Below are positions 53,443 to 64,000 of a stretch of 64,000 bases of DNA, piece after piece. Each line of letters begins with the position of its first letter. Within the stretch, counting starts at the first letter, position 1. The translations under genes and the position numbers were made by a program. Origin of the DNA: Malacoraja senta (taxonomy: Eukaryota). The stretch covers positions 4,526,001 to 4,590,000 of the forward strand of contig CM075989.1 in the NCBI GenBank assembly GCA_038087875.1. The letters are read 5' to 3'. The notes under the pieces were generated by a model. It worked only from the letters and a program-made list of their open reading frames with translations. It made no database searches and was not told the origin of the DNA.

Positions 53443-53978
53443 CGGGTTCAGTCTTTTGTTCATCATGTTGATCCAGTTATTGCTAATCTATAGAGCATGT
53501 TTCCTGGGGACCTCTCTGAAGCTTCCATCTCTAACATTAGCCCACCCGCCATCTATTCCCTCCGCAGATGCTGTCCCTCCAGCACTTTGTGTTTTACTCA
53601 AGATTTCACCATCATCTGCAGTTCCTTGTGTTTCCTCCAGTCATGTCTGGGAAAAGGTTAATCCGTGTTTGCATGTTAGATGTTCTTTGGCGTCACGTAA
53701 CAACAATTTAGCGATGCAGAGAGTATCTAGTTAAATACACAGCAAATGAATGGCGAACGGTCTGGGTATGGACCAATGATTTAGACCTAAGATAGACACA
53801 AAAAGCTGGAGGAACTCAGCGCGTCAGGCAGCATCTATGTAAACCTTTAGACCCGTTTATCTGTGACTATTTACATAGAGTCCTAAAGGCGGCAACACGA
53901 TCTAAGGCATACGTGTAATTGGCAAAATTGAACGAGCCCATATAAAGATAGCAGAGCAGCTAAGCAATGCTCAGAAAA

Positions 53979-54131
<153 letters not shown>

Positions 54132-54604
54132 AGAGAGGCATTTATTTGTCACATGTACCAATTGGTACAGTGAAATGTGTGGTCACCATACAGCCATACG
54201 AATAAAAAAGCACATAACACGATAGCCTTTAACACTGACATCCCCACACAGCGGAATGAAAGTTTCCCACTGTGAGGGAAGGCACCAAAGTTCAGTCATC
54301 CTCCTCTGTTGTCCTCTGTTGTCCACCCGTGGTGAGGCGAGGGACAGAGGGACATAAAGATAGAAGGATGAGGAGATAGAGGGATAAAGAGATAAATGGA
54401 TAGAGGGGTAGACGGGTAGAGGGATAGAGGGGTTGGTTTCATGGGGGATTTCTAAAGTTTGGAGCCCAACCAGCTGGATTCGACAGCCTTATGCTAAGGG
54501 TGGACATCTCGACTGCGAACACTCTTCCCCTTCTTAACAAGGGTAATGGCATTAAACCACGTTCATATTTTCAAGGGGATAAAACGAAATAGTTCAAAAC
54601 ATTT

Positions 54605-54739
54605 TCTGAAGAAGGGTTTCGACCCGAAACGTTGCCTATTTCCTTCGCTCCATAGATGCTGCTGCACCCGCTGAGTTTCTCCAGCATTTTTGTGTACCTT
54701 CGATTTTCCAGCATCTGCAGTTCCTTCTTTAACACAGTG
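54605..54739 (+). mobile_element. PLE 3'-end element, subfamily B, with ~10-bp TSD
   Basis: Core at 54606-54633; CAAAACATTT at 54595-54604 and 54740-54749. Confidence 0.8.
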
Positions 54740-57700
54740 CAAAACATTTGTTGCTCCTGACATTCAAAGTAGCTTACTGAAACCTGTTATCAGAACAGAA
54801 AACGGTGGGGTGAACTCAGCTGTCAGGCAGCATCAATGGAGAGGGAGACGCAGTTACCATTTCAGGTCATGTTAGCTTTCTTCAGTTTTGTTTTATTTCA
54901 TATTTCCAGTACCTGCGGTATTTTACGTTTGGCTGAATACTCGGCCATCGTTTCACGCAGGTTATACTAGTTTGTTTTAAAACCTCGTCCCCCTATCACT
55001 CGCGTGGTTTCTACATGTTGTCCAGTTAACTCATTAACAGCATATTAAACCTGGATGTATTACATTTGCAATGTCAACACTCGCGTTTCATTCTCCTTTT
55101 TCGCTTCCCACCCCTCAGCTCCGTTTACACCCATCAAACCTATGACCTTGATCTCAAGAAGGAAACTTAGTTAACTGGATCTCGAATTCAATGTGTAGTT
55201 AATAGCAGTGCGCTATAAAGGAGCCCACACGACAATAACCCCTTTGTCTGGGTTGCGCCTCGATTCTGCTTACTGGCATTCTCTTCCCCTGAACCCGAGA
55301 AGCAGGCTGTGAAGAAAGAATTCTGCATCTATGATATTTAACAAGAAGCCAATAATATTTCAATATTTTCCATTTACGTAACAACCTTGTTTAGCAAAAT
55401 CTATAACCACAGATAATTAGAAACCATAATAATGATAATAATTATTCACTTATAATCAACTATATCCATACATTTATATATATGAATACAATTATGCCTG
55501 TTCTCAAAGGGCTGCAAAGGACAATTATATGTTCTTAAATATTGTTTGCTTACGCTCATATTGCCAATTCTGCCCAATTACTAATAGTTGAAAGGTAATG
55601 TAATAAACATGATTCTGGCTGTTTCGATTGATATACGGACAGTTTAAAATAATGAAATTAAATGTACAGTTTCACCGTCGATTGTCTCGACCGAATAGAG
55701 TTGTTATTTGTGAAACAAAATTTGCAGGAAAACAGCATCTACAGGTTCGCGTGTCGCCGTGTTATCGCTGTCTCGAGTTTTGCTCGTCATCATTTCTAGA
55801 TGAGGCAGCGTTCAGTGTTGTACTGAATCGATTGCAATTGGTGGAAAAAACGCGAAGCCTTTAACTAAGGTCCCAGGTAACCGGGTCACCTACGGGTTAG
55901 AACCTATCTCCAGACCAGACTTTCACAAACTGGATATAAGCTTAAGTGATAATTCGTCTGTAACTGGCCTTGAGCTATTTCCTTTCGCATTTGATCATTT
56001 CACGAGTTTAGTGGGGCAAAATTGGGTGTTAAATTAATATCTTCATCATCTTTACCTTTCCAGGTGTTTCTGGTAGTCTCCATTGAAAGGTAACGGATTC
56101 TAATACGAGGCTTTTTAATTTGATAAGTAGATATGTGTAATAAAAGGACACAAATTGCTGGAGTAACTCGGCGGGTCAGGCAACATCTCTGGAGAACACG
56201 GATAGGCGATGTTTCGGGCCAGGACCCTTCCTTCGTGTTAACTTTAATTATAATTTGTTGTATAATATAGTAAGATTCCATGTCCATGCCATGGTGTTTG
56301 GTGCACTTATTGTTAAACACTTGCAAAGTTGAACCTTTTACCCTAAAGTCGCACTCCTGTACTAAACTGATTTTCACCCCCCCCCTCCCACCCACCTTTC
56401 ATAGATTACCAGAATGGATCTAATTAATCCCAAACTAGTCATCAAATTCAGAAAGCTACAGAGTTAATGGAGAGATACAGTCCATTCTCCCTATCGAAAT
56501 GGACAGATAAGAAACCGCAGATGGAATCATGAGCGTTCAAGGGCACCTCTCCCCCCCCCCCCCCCCCCCCCCCCGTCCAATTCCTCCCTCTGGTCACAAC
56601 CCAACCCTTCACCCTCCGGGTCCCCAATTCTATTCAATCCCCGTTCTCATCTCCCCAACATTCCTCCCTCTAGCTCTGCATTTCATGGAAGATTGACACA
56701 AAATGCTGGAGTAACTCAGCGGGAAAGGCAGCATCTCCGGGTAGAAGGAATGGGTGACGTTTCGTGTCGAGGCCCTTCTTCAGACAACCAGAAACATGTT
56801 TATGTCTGTCTTCGGTTTAAACCAGCATCTGCAGTTTCTTCCTCGCCTTCCATTCTTATCACTTCCCACTATTTGCAGTCCTTTGTCTTCTCCCTCTACC
56901 ACCTCCAACACGTGTGACGATCTCCACTCTTCTCTACCCCCCCAAAAATCACCTGCAAATTAACACCTTCTTACCTGAACCCACCCCCATCACTTGCAAG
57001 CTCTTGCCCCACCCCTTCCCCTCACCTCTTTCCACCAGTTATCTCCCCTCTACTCCATTCCTGAAGAGGGATTTTAGAAATGTCCTCTATCCATTTACCT
57101 CCATAGATGCTGACTTTCCCTACCAAAAGTTGGCAATATGCAAACGACTGATTAAGTGATAGATATCATGCTCCACGTCTTACTGGGAGCGTCGATGCCC
57201 AGAAGTTAACAAGACTGGAAAATAATAGGTTCCGCTGTAACCCAAATAATGAAAGGCATAAAAGGTCATGTCAAATGTCTGTGTTCCATCCTTCTCTGTT
57301 ACAACTTATTTTCCTAATCTAATCAATTTTCTTGCTACATTTGCTTTTTGTTACAAAATAATTAGCACTTCTGGAGTTATAAAAAGGGGATAAGTGAGAT
57401 TCTGTGGCACATGGGTCCTTGGAGGTGGGAGCAACACGGGGATTAAAACAATTAACGCAACAGTAATTGAAATAGTGAAAATAAATATTTTTATAGCCAA
57501 CGATAAATGTGAAGCATCCTCTTATAAGAAGACAATAAATGAAAATAACCCGATTTAGATTAAAAAACAGGGAAGATGTATTAGCTTATGCAATGCGTAA
57601 ATCCGTTGGTAGTTTGCGATAAGACACAACTGCACAAATGTCCACTTTGCTATTCAAAAGAGCAGTCGCTTAAAGACAACGGCGAGTTTTTTGTTTCGTA

Positions 57701-58064
57701 TAAGATGGAGTACTCAGTGGACGGGGTCTCTATGTTGTGGAGGTTTAATGTTCAGAAGAGCGAGGTTTGGTGTAGGAAGGAACTGCAGCTGCTGGCTTAC
57801 ACCGCAGATAGACACAACATGCTGGAGTAACTCAGCGGGTCAGGCAGCATCTGTAGAGAAAATGAATATGTCCGTGGGCTGTTTCCATTATGCAGTGTGG
57901 GATTGGCGGTGATGGGCTGCTAGCATTGTGCACCATGAACGGCTGTTAAATGGCTGTTCCACAGTGCATGGTTGACCATAGGCAGTGCCGTTTGATACAC
58001 AATAGTTGGGCGGATTCACTGTTTGGGGAAGATACGGTCAAACACAATAAATGTAAAATTAAGT

Positions 58065-58262
58065 GTCGAAACAAAGAACAGCAGATGCCGGTTTACGCCA
58101 AAGACAGACACAATCTATTGGTGTAATTCAGTGGGTCAGGCAGCATCTCCGGAGAAAAAGGATGGGTGACGTTTCAGTCTGAAGAAGGGTCTCGATCCGA
58201 AACGTCACCCATTCTTTTTATCCAGAGATGCGGCCTGACCAGCTGAGCTACTCCAGTGTCTA
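58065..58262. mobile_element. Fold-back PLE 3'-end element
   Basis: Hammerhead core at 58179-58206, at the apex between inverted arms. Confidence 0.8.
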
Positions 58263-58649
58263 TATTAAATTAAAAACTAAAACTTGCTTAGTATCCAACT
58301 GTTTATCGATACCATTGAAAGTTATTACTTTGCAGTATGAAACACAATATCCAACAAGTCATCTGGAAATAGCACCAAAGTATTCACAAACTAAAATAAA
58401 CGGTATTCTCTATTCTTTCGATGAGTATGCACTTCGGGAGATATGAACAGGACTGGCCTACAGGTAAAGGTTCAAAGCGCCACGGGCAGGGAGTTCTGTG
58501 TTTCACGAACACATCGGCAATAGTTTACATACATTCCATAAATAATTCTAACCGGTCATTGTAGGGGCAGTGACTCTGCGCCCTAACCTGTGGGTCACAG
58601 GTGATCAGATTTACCAGTTTATGTCCATTTCTGTATTTTCCCCTGAACA

Positions 58650-59420
58650 TTCAAGATTCATGAGTCAAGGGTTTTGAATGATCATGTGGGCCGATAACGT
58701 AACAATAAAATTATTTTCGAGCAACATAATATGCCGGTACACACAACACTCATAGATAATATATCAAACCAAAAACCATCAATTTAGTGCAAAGCCCCGG
58801 CCTTCAGTGCAACCAATGACAGTCCATAGTTCATAGTTGAGGTTCGAGTTGTGTAGCGTTCAAGCGCCTAATGGTTGCCGCGAATGAGCTTTTCTTGAAC
58901 CTGGAAGTCACGGTTTCCCGATGGCAGGGGTGAAATGAGAGCGTGGCCAGGGTGGTGTGGGTCTCTGATGATGCTGGCTGCCTTTCGAGGCAGCGCCTCC
59001 AACAAATCCCTTGGATATTGGGGAGGTCAGTACCTGTGATGGACCGGGTAGACAATAGACAATTGACAATAGACAATAGGTGCAGGAGTAGGCCATTCGG
59101 CCCTTCAAGCCAGCACCGCCATTCAATGTGATCATGGCTGATCATCCCCAATCAGTACCCCGTTCCTGCCTTCTCACCATATCCCCTGACTCCACTATTT
59201 TTAAGAGCCCTATCTAGCTCTCTCTTGAAAGCATCCAGAGAACCTGCCTCCACCGCCCTCTGAGGCAGAGAATTCCACAGACTCACCACTCTCTGTGAGA
59301 AAAAGTGTTTCCTCGTCTCCGTTCTAAATGGCTTACTCCTTATTCTTAAACTGTGGCCCCTGGTTCTAGACTCCCCCAACATCGGGAACATGTTTCCTGC
59401 AGTGTCCACCACTCTCTGTA
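58650..59420 (-). mobile_element. Rex1/Babar-like LINE 3' fragment with a nested CR1
   Basis: ITGTDLPNIQGI..RRCL, TSRFKKSSF; the sequence resumes as GCAGTGTCCACCACTCTCTG (LQRVVDTA) after the CR1. Confidence 0.7.
59049..59398 (-). mobile_element. CR1 3' fragment with (TCTATTG)n tail
   Basis: MFPMLGESRTRGHSLRIR...FFSQRVVSLWNSLPQ; closely similar to 17335-17653. Confidence 0.92.
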
Positions 59421-60427
59421 ACATTGGGTTAAGTGCGACATTCATGTTTTTAGCAACGGTGTGGAGTATTAATATACCGACCTCGAGTGGTTGACTTATG
59501 ACGAAAAATAATTTACGTTTTGATTTCAAAGTGTTTCACTCATTGTTGTATGACATTTCATTGCTTGGCTTCATTATTGTCCATTGAGGGCAGTTGAGAT
59601 ACACCTCAAAGACTGCAAATAAAATAATCCAAATCCAAAGAAAACTAGACTTCACAAAACAGAAGAAAAAAGGCACATTAACCGTGTGATATTTTCACAA
59701 ATAGGAAATGAACTACAGAGGAAGCCCCCTTTTAAATCGAAAATCGAAAATCTAACTAAACTTGATGTTAAATAAAACTTCAGTTACCCCCATTGACCTG
59801 CACCTGCACTTATTGTCTATTGTCTATTGTCTATTGACCAGGGCAGCAATGTCCGAACAGCTTGGAATAAGGAAGCTATAGTTATGATCAGGCGACCCAA
59901 ATGTTATTTATATAGAGGCACAATATACGACGGGCGGAACATTTAAGGGTTATTCATTAACTTGTAAAATAACTTCTTAAATTCATTTATGAATTTTGAT
60001 CCAATTCGCAGTTTTGATTACCAAATATGACTTACTCCTGTTTTATGCTTAATGCCAATTTAAAATATGTTGAGCAATGCAAAGTGTAATATATCATTTA
60101 TCAAAATAGCTATCGTTTCCGAAGACGAAACTGAGCTAATCGGTGAATTATCTGAAAATGCACCTTTGCTATATAAGTAAAGCTATTTTGAGTAGTAGAT
60201 ATTAGGTCTTAGTGGTGTTTAATCGGTCTTGTCCAAAGATGTAATATACTAGAAGACATGTAATGGGACGAGGTGTGTGCAGTAACACATATTTGCAATA
60301 ACAATTATTTCTATAATTTCCCCTAGTGATTTTATCTTTGTAATAAAAAACAAATATATGGAAACTTTTGAAAATAAAAACTTTTGAAGTTCTTTCTGTT
60401 CCCATTAGAACATTAAACCTGTTCTCC

Positions 60428-60520
60428 ATGAAGAAGGGTCTCGACCCGAAACGTCGCCTATTTCCTTCGCTCCATAGATGCTGCCTCACCCGCTGAGTTT
60501 CTCCAGCATCTTTGTCTACC
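60428..60520 (+). mobile_element. PLE 3'-end element, subfamily B
   Basis: TGAAGAAGGGTCTCGACCCGAAACGTCGCCTATTTCCTTCGCTCCATAGATG. Confidence 0.75.
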
Positions 60521-61756
60521 TCCCTTTCGATATAATTGAATGATAACGAATCTCTCCATCAAACACCTCGACCGTTCGCCGAGCAGAACTGCCAACCCAA
60601 CCCAATTAGCAATTCAGAGTTAATTGCAAGAGATTTCATATAATAGCCACTGGGGCTGACGGAAGTTCAGTCGTGTCAGACGTTTACAACTTCCTCTTCC
60701 CCTAAGAGGAAGCCCTTAATCTCCAGCGTATTTCTGCAAGAAATGTATATACAGAATAGTCCAAAAATAACAGCGAGAGACGAAGGTTAAGCAGAACCAG
60801 GAATTTATTGGGTGATTATTACAGATAGCCTCAACAAGAATTCAATATTTAACCAAATACACATCATATTACACACAATGAATGTAGTCATTAAATAAGT
60901 ACAAATTGTGCATATTCCTCGAGAATTTATGAAACGGTCCATTGATCAGTAAATCCCAGGATTGAGCCTTTCCATGTATCGTTTCTAGCACCAGGCCAAC
61001 ATTTCGTCAAAACCTCATATAAAACATCAAACTATTGTAATTCATGCTTCAAATATTCTTAATCTGCTGAACCCTTCCTTACCCTGTGTGTGAAGTATTG
61101 CAGCAAAAGATAACCACAAAATATGCACACACTCGTATACACCAAGCCACATTTCCTCACACAAAAAACATTATCTTAACGTGATAATTCCCAGACATCG
61201 GTTGCCACTCTGCATTGTTAATTACACCATAAAATTAGTATTTTACTCGTGCAAGCGTGTGAAGGAATTAAGATTACAAACACACGAACAAATTAAGACT
61301 TCCTTCAGAATTGGGAAGTAAAATTAAATCATAAACTGAGGAAAATATAAACGATATCTCGATATCGATAACCGATGCATTTACTCGAAGATATAAAGAT
61401 ACCGCCCTTTTTAATTCTTGCCTAATTAGTAGTCATTTATTGATACCATTATAAAAATTATCTCCCAAATATTATCAGGGTAGTCTAACTGTTAATTTGT
61501 TCTTTATTTGATTATACCTCAGGAATCCAATTTAATTGAGAACCGGTGTCTTTCAAGACGAATGAGACCAACGCAGAATTTAAAATCAGTTTAAAATAGA
61601 AATCTGTTAATATTTAGTTCTTCTTTAATATTCATTCATCTTCGAGGTACACATATCGAGAGTGATCACAGATTTCAAACTCATTCACCCTTCGAAGGTA
61701 AATGGGAGTTGAAGAGGCAGTGGAGACTAGCGCAGAGAACGCAGATGTCCATATCG

Positions 61757-62278
61757 TGTAGGAAGGAACTGCAAATGCTGGTTTAAACCGAAGATAGGCA
61801 CAAAATGCCGAGGTAACTCAGCGGGACAGGCAGTATCTATGGAGGAAAGGAACAGGTGATGTTTCGGATCGACACCCTTTTTTAGACTGGGTCTCGACCC
61901 GAAACATCACCTATTCCTTCTCTCCAGAGATGCTGTTTGACCCGCTGAGTTACTCCAGCTATTTACGGATGTTCATATTCTCTCGAGTTCAAAGCACCCT
62001 CGCACAGCTAGGGGAGGGCGTTTATTTTTGTGGGGGTGGGAAAGAGGATCGAAATGGGAGGGGGGTGGGGGTGTTGTTATGCGGGGAAATGCTAACCCCA
62101 GTCAGTCCATATCATGTGAGAAAATGTTCATTCGTCAACATGGTGTCCGTCACAACAGTCTGAAGAAGGGTCTCGACCCATACTTTCTCTCCAGAGATGC
62201 TGCCTGTCCAGCTGAGTTACTCCAGCATTTTGTGTCTATCTTCGGTTTAAACCAGCATCTGCATTTCCTTGCTACACA
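61757..62278. mobile_element. Fold-back PLE element (61757-61960) and a further arm (62157-62278)
   Basis: Same family sequence as the other arms. Confidence 0.8.
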
Positions 62279-63819
62279 AGAACATGGCGACTGTTTTACA
62301 GTCCCGTCTGTGTCGACGTAAATGATGCAATGGATCCCGAGATATAAAGCACGTTGAGCTTACTGACTCTTTGATCCGACTTTCAAAACAAGCTCGATCA
62401 TGCCCCACCCATACAGCAGCCGTACCCAGGGGTTGGTTCCTCCATTGGGATCATCAGCTAATTGCAAGCTTCCAGGTGCTTCCAAAATTAACTGGATTTG
62501 TGCACGTTTCAACATTCTTTTTCTTAACAGGAAAATCAAAGAGATGATTACCCTGTCCTAATACAACGAAGAAATGATTCTATATAGTTTTTTTAATAAA
62601 GTCATTATCTATAATTTAGTTCTGTAATTTCACAGATGGTGGAGTGACACTGATTTAAGATGCTTACTTTAAACCAATTTCACCTACATTAATCAATTTT
62701 GTTTTTCACCAAGATGTTCTTAAAAATAACAGGGGATGTTTTTAAATAATTTTCTAAAGAGCACATCTTAAAATTGCCCCAGTTCATGACAGGTTAAACG
62801 TGAGTGGATTTATAAATGGATCAGGGTGGGGTGGTGAAAAGGTTCTCGCGGTTAAATTGGACGCAAATTTGGACATACTTTCTACCAGAGTCGCTGTTTG
62901 CGCTCAAAAAGTATATTTTACATTGGAGAATTGAACTATCGGCCATATTAACAGCCAACATAAATTGGGAGCTTGTTATAAGCCACGCCTGACTACCCAT
63001 AGCTATTTACGAAGGAAGGAACTGCAGATGCTGGTTTACACCGTAGACACAAAATGTTGGAGTAACTTAGCGGGACAAGCATTATCACTGGAGAAAAGGA
63101 ATATTGTTTCAATTTATTAGTTCAATTTTTTTTTACAAGGATAAAATCACTAGGGGCAATTATACAAACAGAAACGCACGCACCTCATCCCATACATATT
63201 TACTACTATATCATTTTTTTGGGCGACTGATTAAGCATCACAAGACAATTCCTTCAATCCAGAGATACTGCCTATCCCGCTGAGTTACTCCAGAGTCTAT
63301 CTTCGGCCATACCAATTTATAGCAGATTAAAAGTTAGCATCAGTATCTAAAAAAATCTCAAAGCATACTCAATTCATGTCATGTATCTCAATTCATATTT
63401 AAAATGAACGTCTATGGAGGTTGTTCCGAAATTCATCCACGCCAATCGGAGATCGAAAAATACAAATAGGAACTTCTCTTCCATTAGACATTGCTTTGGC
63501 CCGAATATCATGTCCTTTTCTGTGTCTTTTGGTGCGAATGCATGGTCTGACCATTTCCAAATCAGCCCATCATACACACAAATCTTTGTTCGCTCGTCTG
63601 TACAATCGATGCATCTCATCCGACGGTGGAAAATAAAAATTGAGGAGAAGTAACTCGTGACAATAGTAATAAAGTACAAAGTGACTGAAAGTCGAGGTTC
63701 TTCCCTAACGAAGTTCCATGGCCAAAAATCAATATTACCGGCCATATGCTTCAAGTCTTCATCAAATTATCTCTGACCAATGGACCTAAAAGGCAAAGTC
63801 TGGTAATCCATTCCAACTT

Positions 63820-63965
63820 TCACCCAGATGTCATGTCTTCCATCTTATCTCCAAGACTCAGGCCCTTGCAACGTTCGTGTCGTGGTGTTATTGGGGTTCC
63901 CTCTGCGATTAGAGGCAAGCCCTCCGTGATAAGGTCACTCTTCAGTTGACTCTCCCATGCCAAAT
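63820..63965 (-). CDS. Candidate terminal coding exon of an unidentified gene continuing beyond the window
   Basis: Acceptor-like TGTTATTTTCCAG| at 63966; phase-1 frame xLAWESQLKSDLITEGLPLIAEGTPITPRHERCKGLSLGDKMEDMTSG*; non-repeat sequence; product not recognised. Confidence 0.25.
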
Positions 63966-64000
63966 CTGGAAAATAACACATGAAAGACAATTTTAAAAAT

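Overview
Eukaryotic, repeat-rich and essentially non-coding DNA from a cartilaginous fish. The repeat families point to an elasmobranch, probably a skate or ray (inference). No intact host gene is visible; one possible terminal exon lies on the minus strand at the far right edge. Main contents: (i) a full-length but decayed LINE-1 (~4517-10005) inserted into a V-SINE; (ii) about a dozen tRNA-derived V-SINE (HE1-like) copies, plus CR1, Rex1/Babar and ancient Deu-domain SINE fragments; (iii) Penelope-like element (PLE) RT and GIY-YIG remnants, and roughly 40 short arms or copies (counted by eye) of the PLE 3' end. These short copies carry a minimal hammerhead-ribozyme core (CTGAAGA-A-GGGTC/GACCC-GAAAC-GTC), often form fold-back hairpins, and several have their own 9-15 bp target-site duplications. 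This is the most interesting system in the window. Two AT-rich but CpG-retaining domains (~20-36 kb and ~44-64 kb) contain unique enhancer-like blocks, suggesting the regulatory landscape of a developmental gene outside the window. There are also locally templated insertions and inverted microsatellite structures. All coordinates were read by eye and repeat boundaries are approximate.
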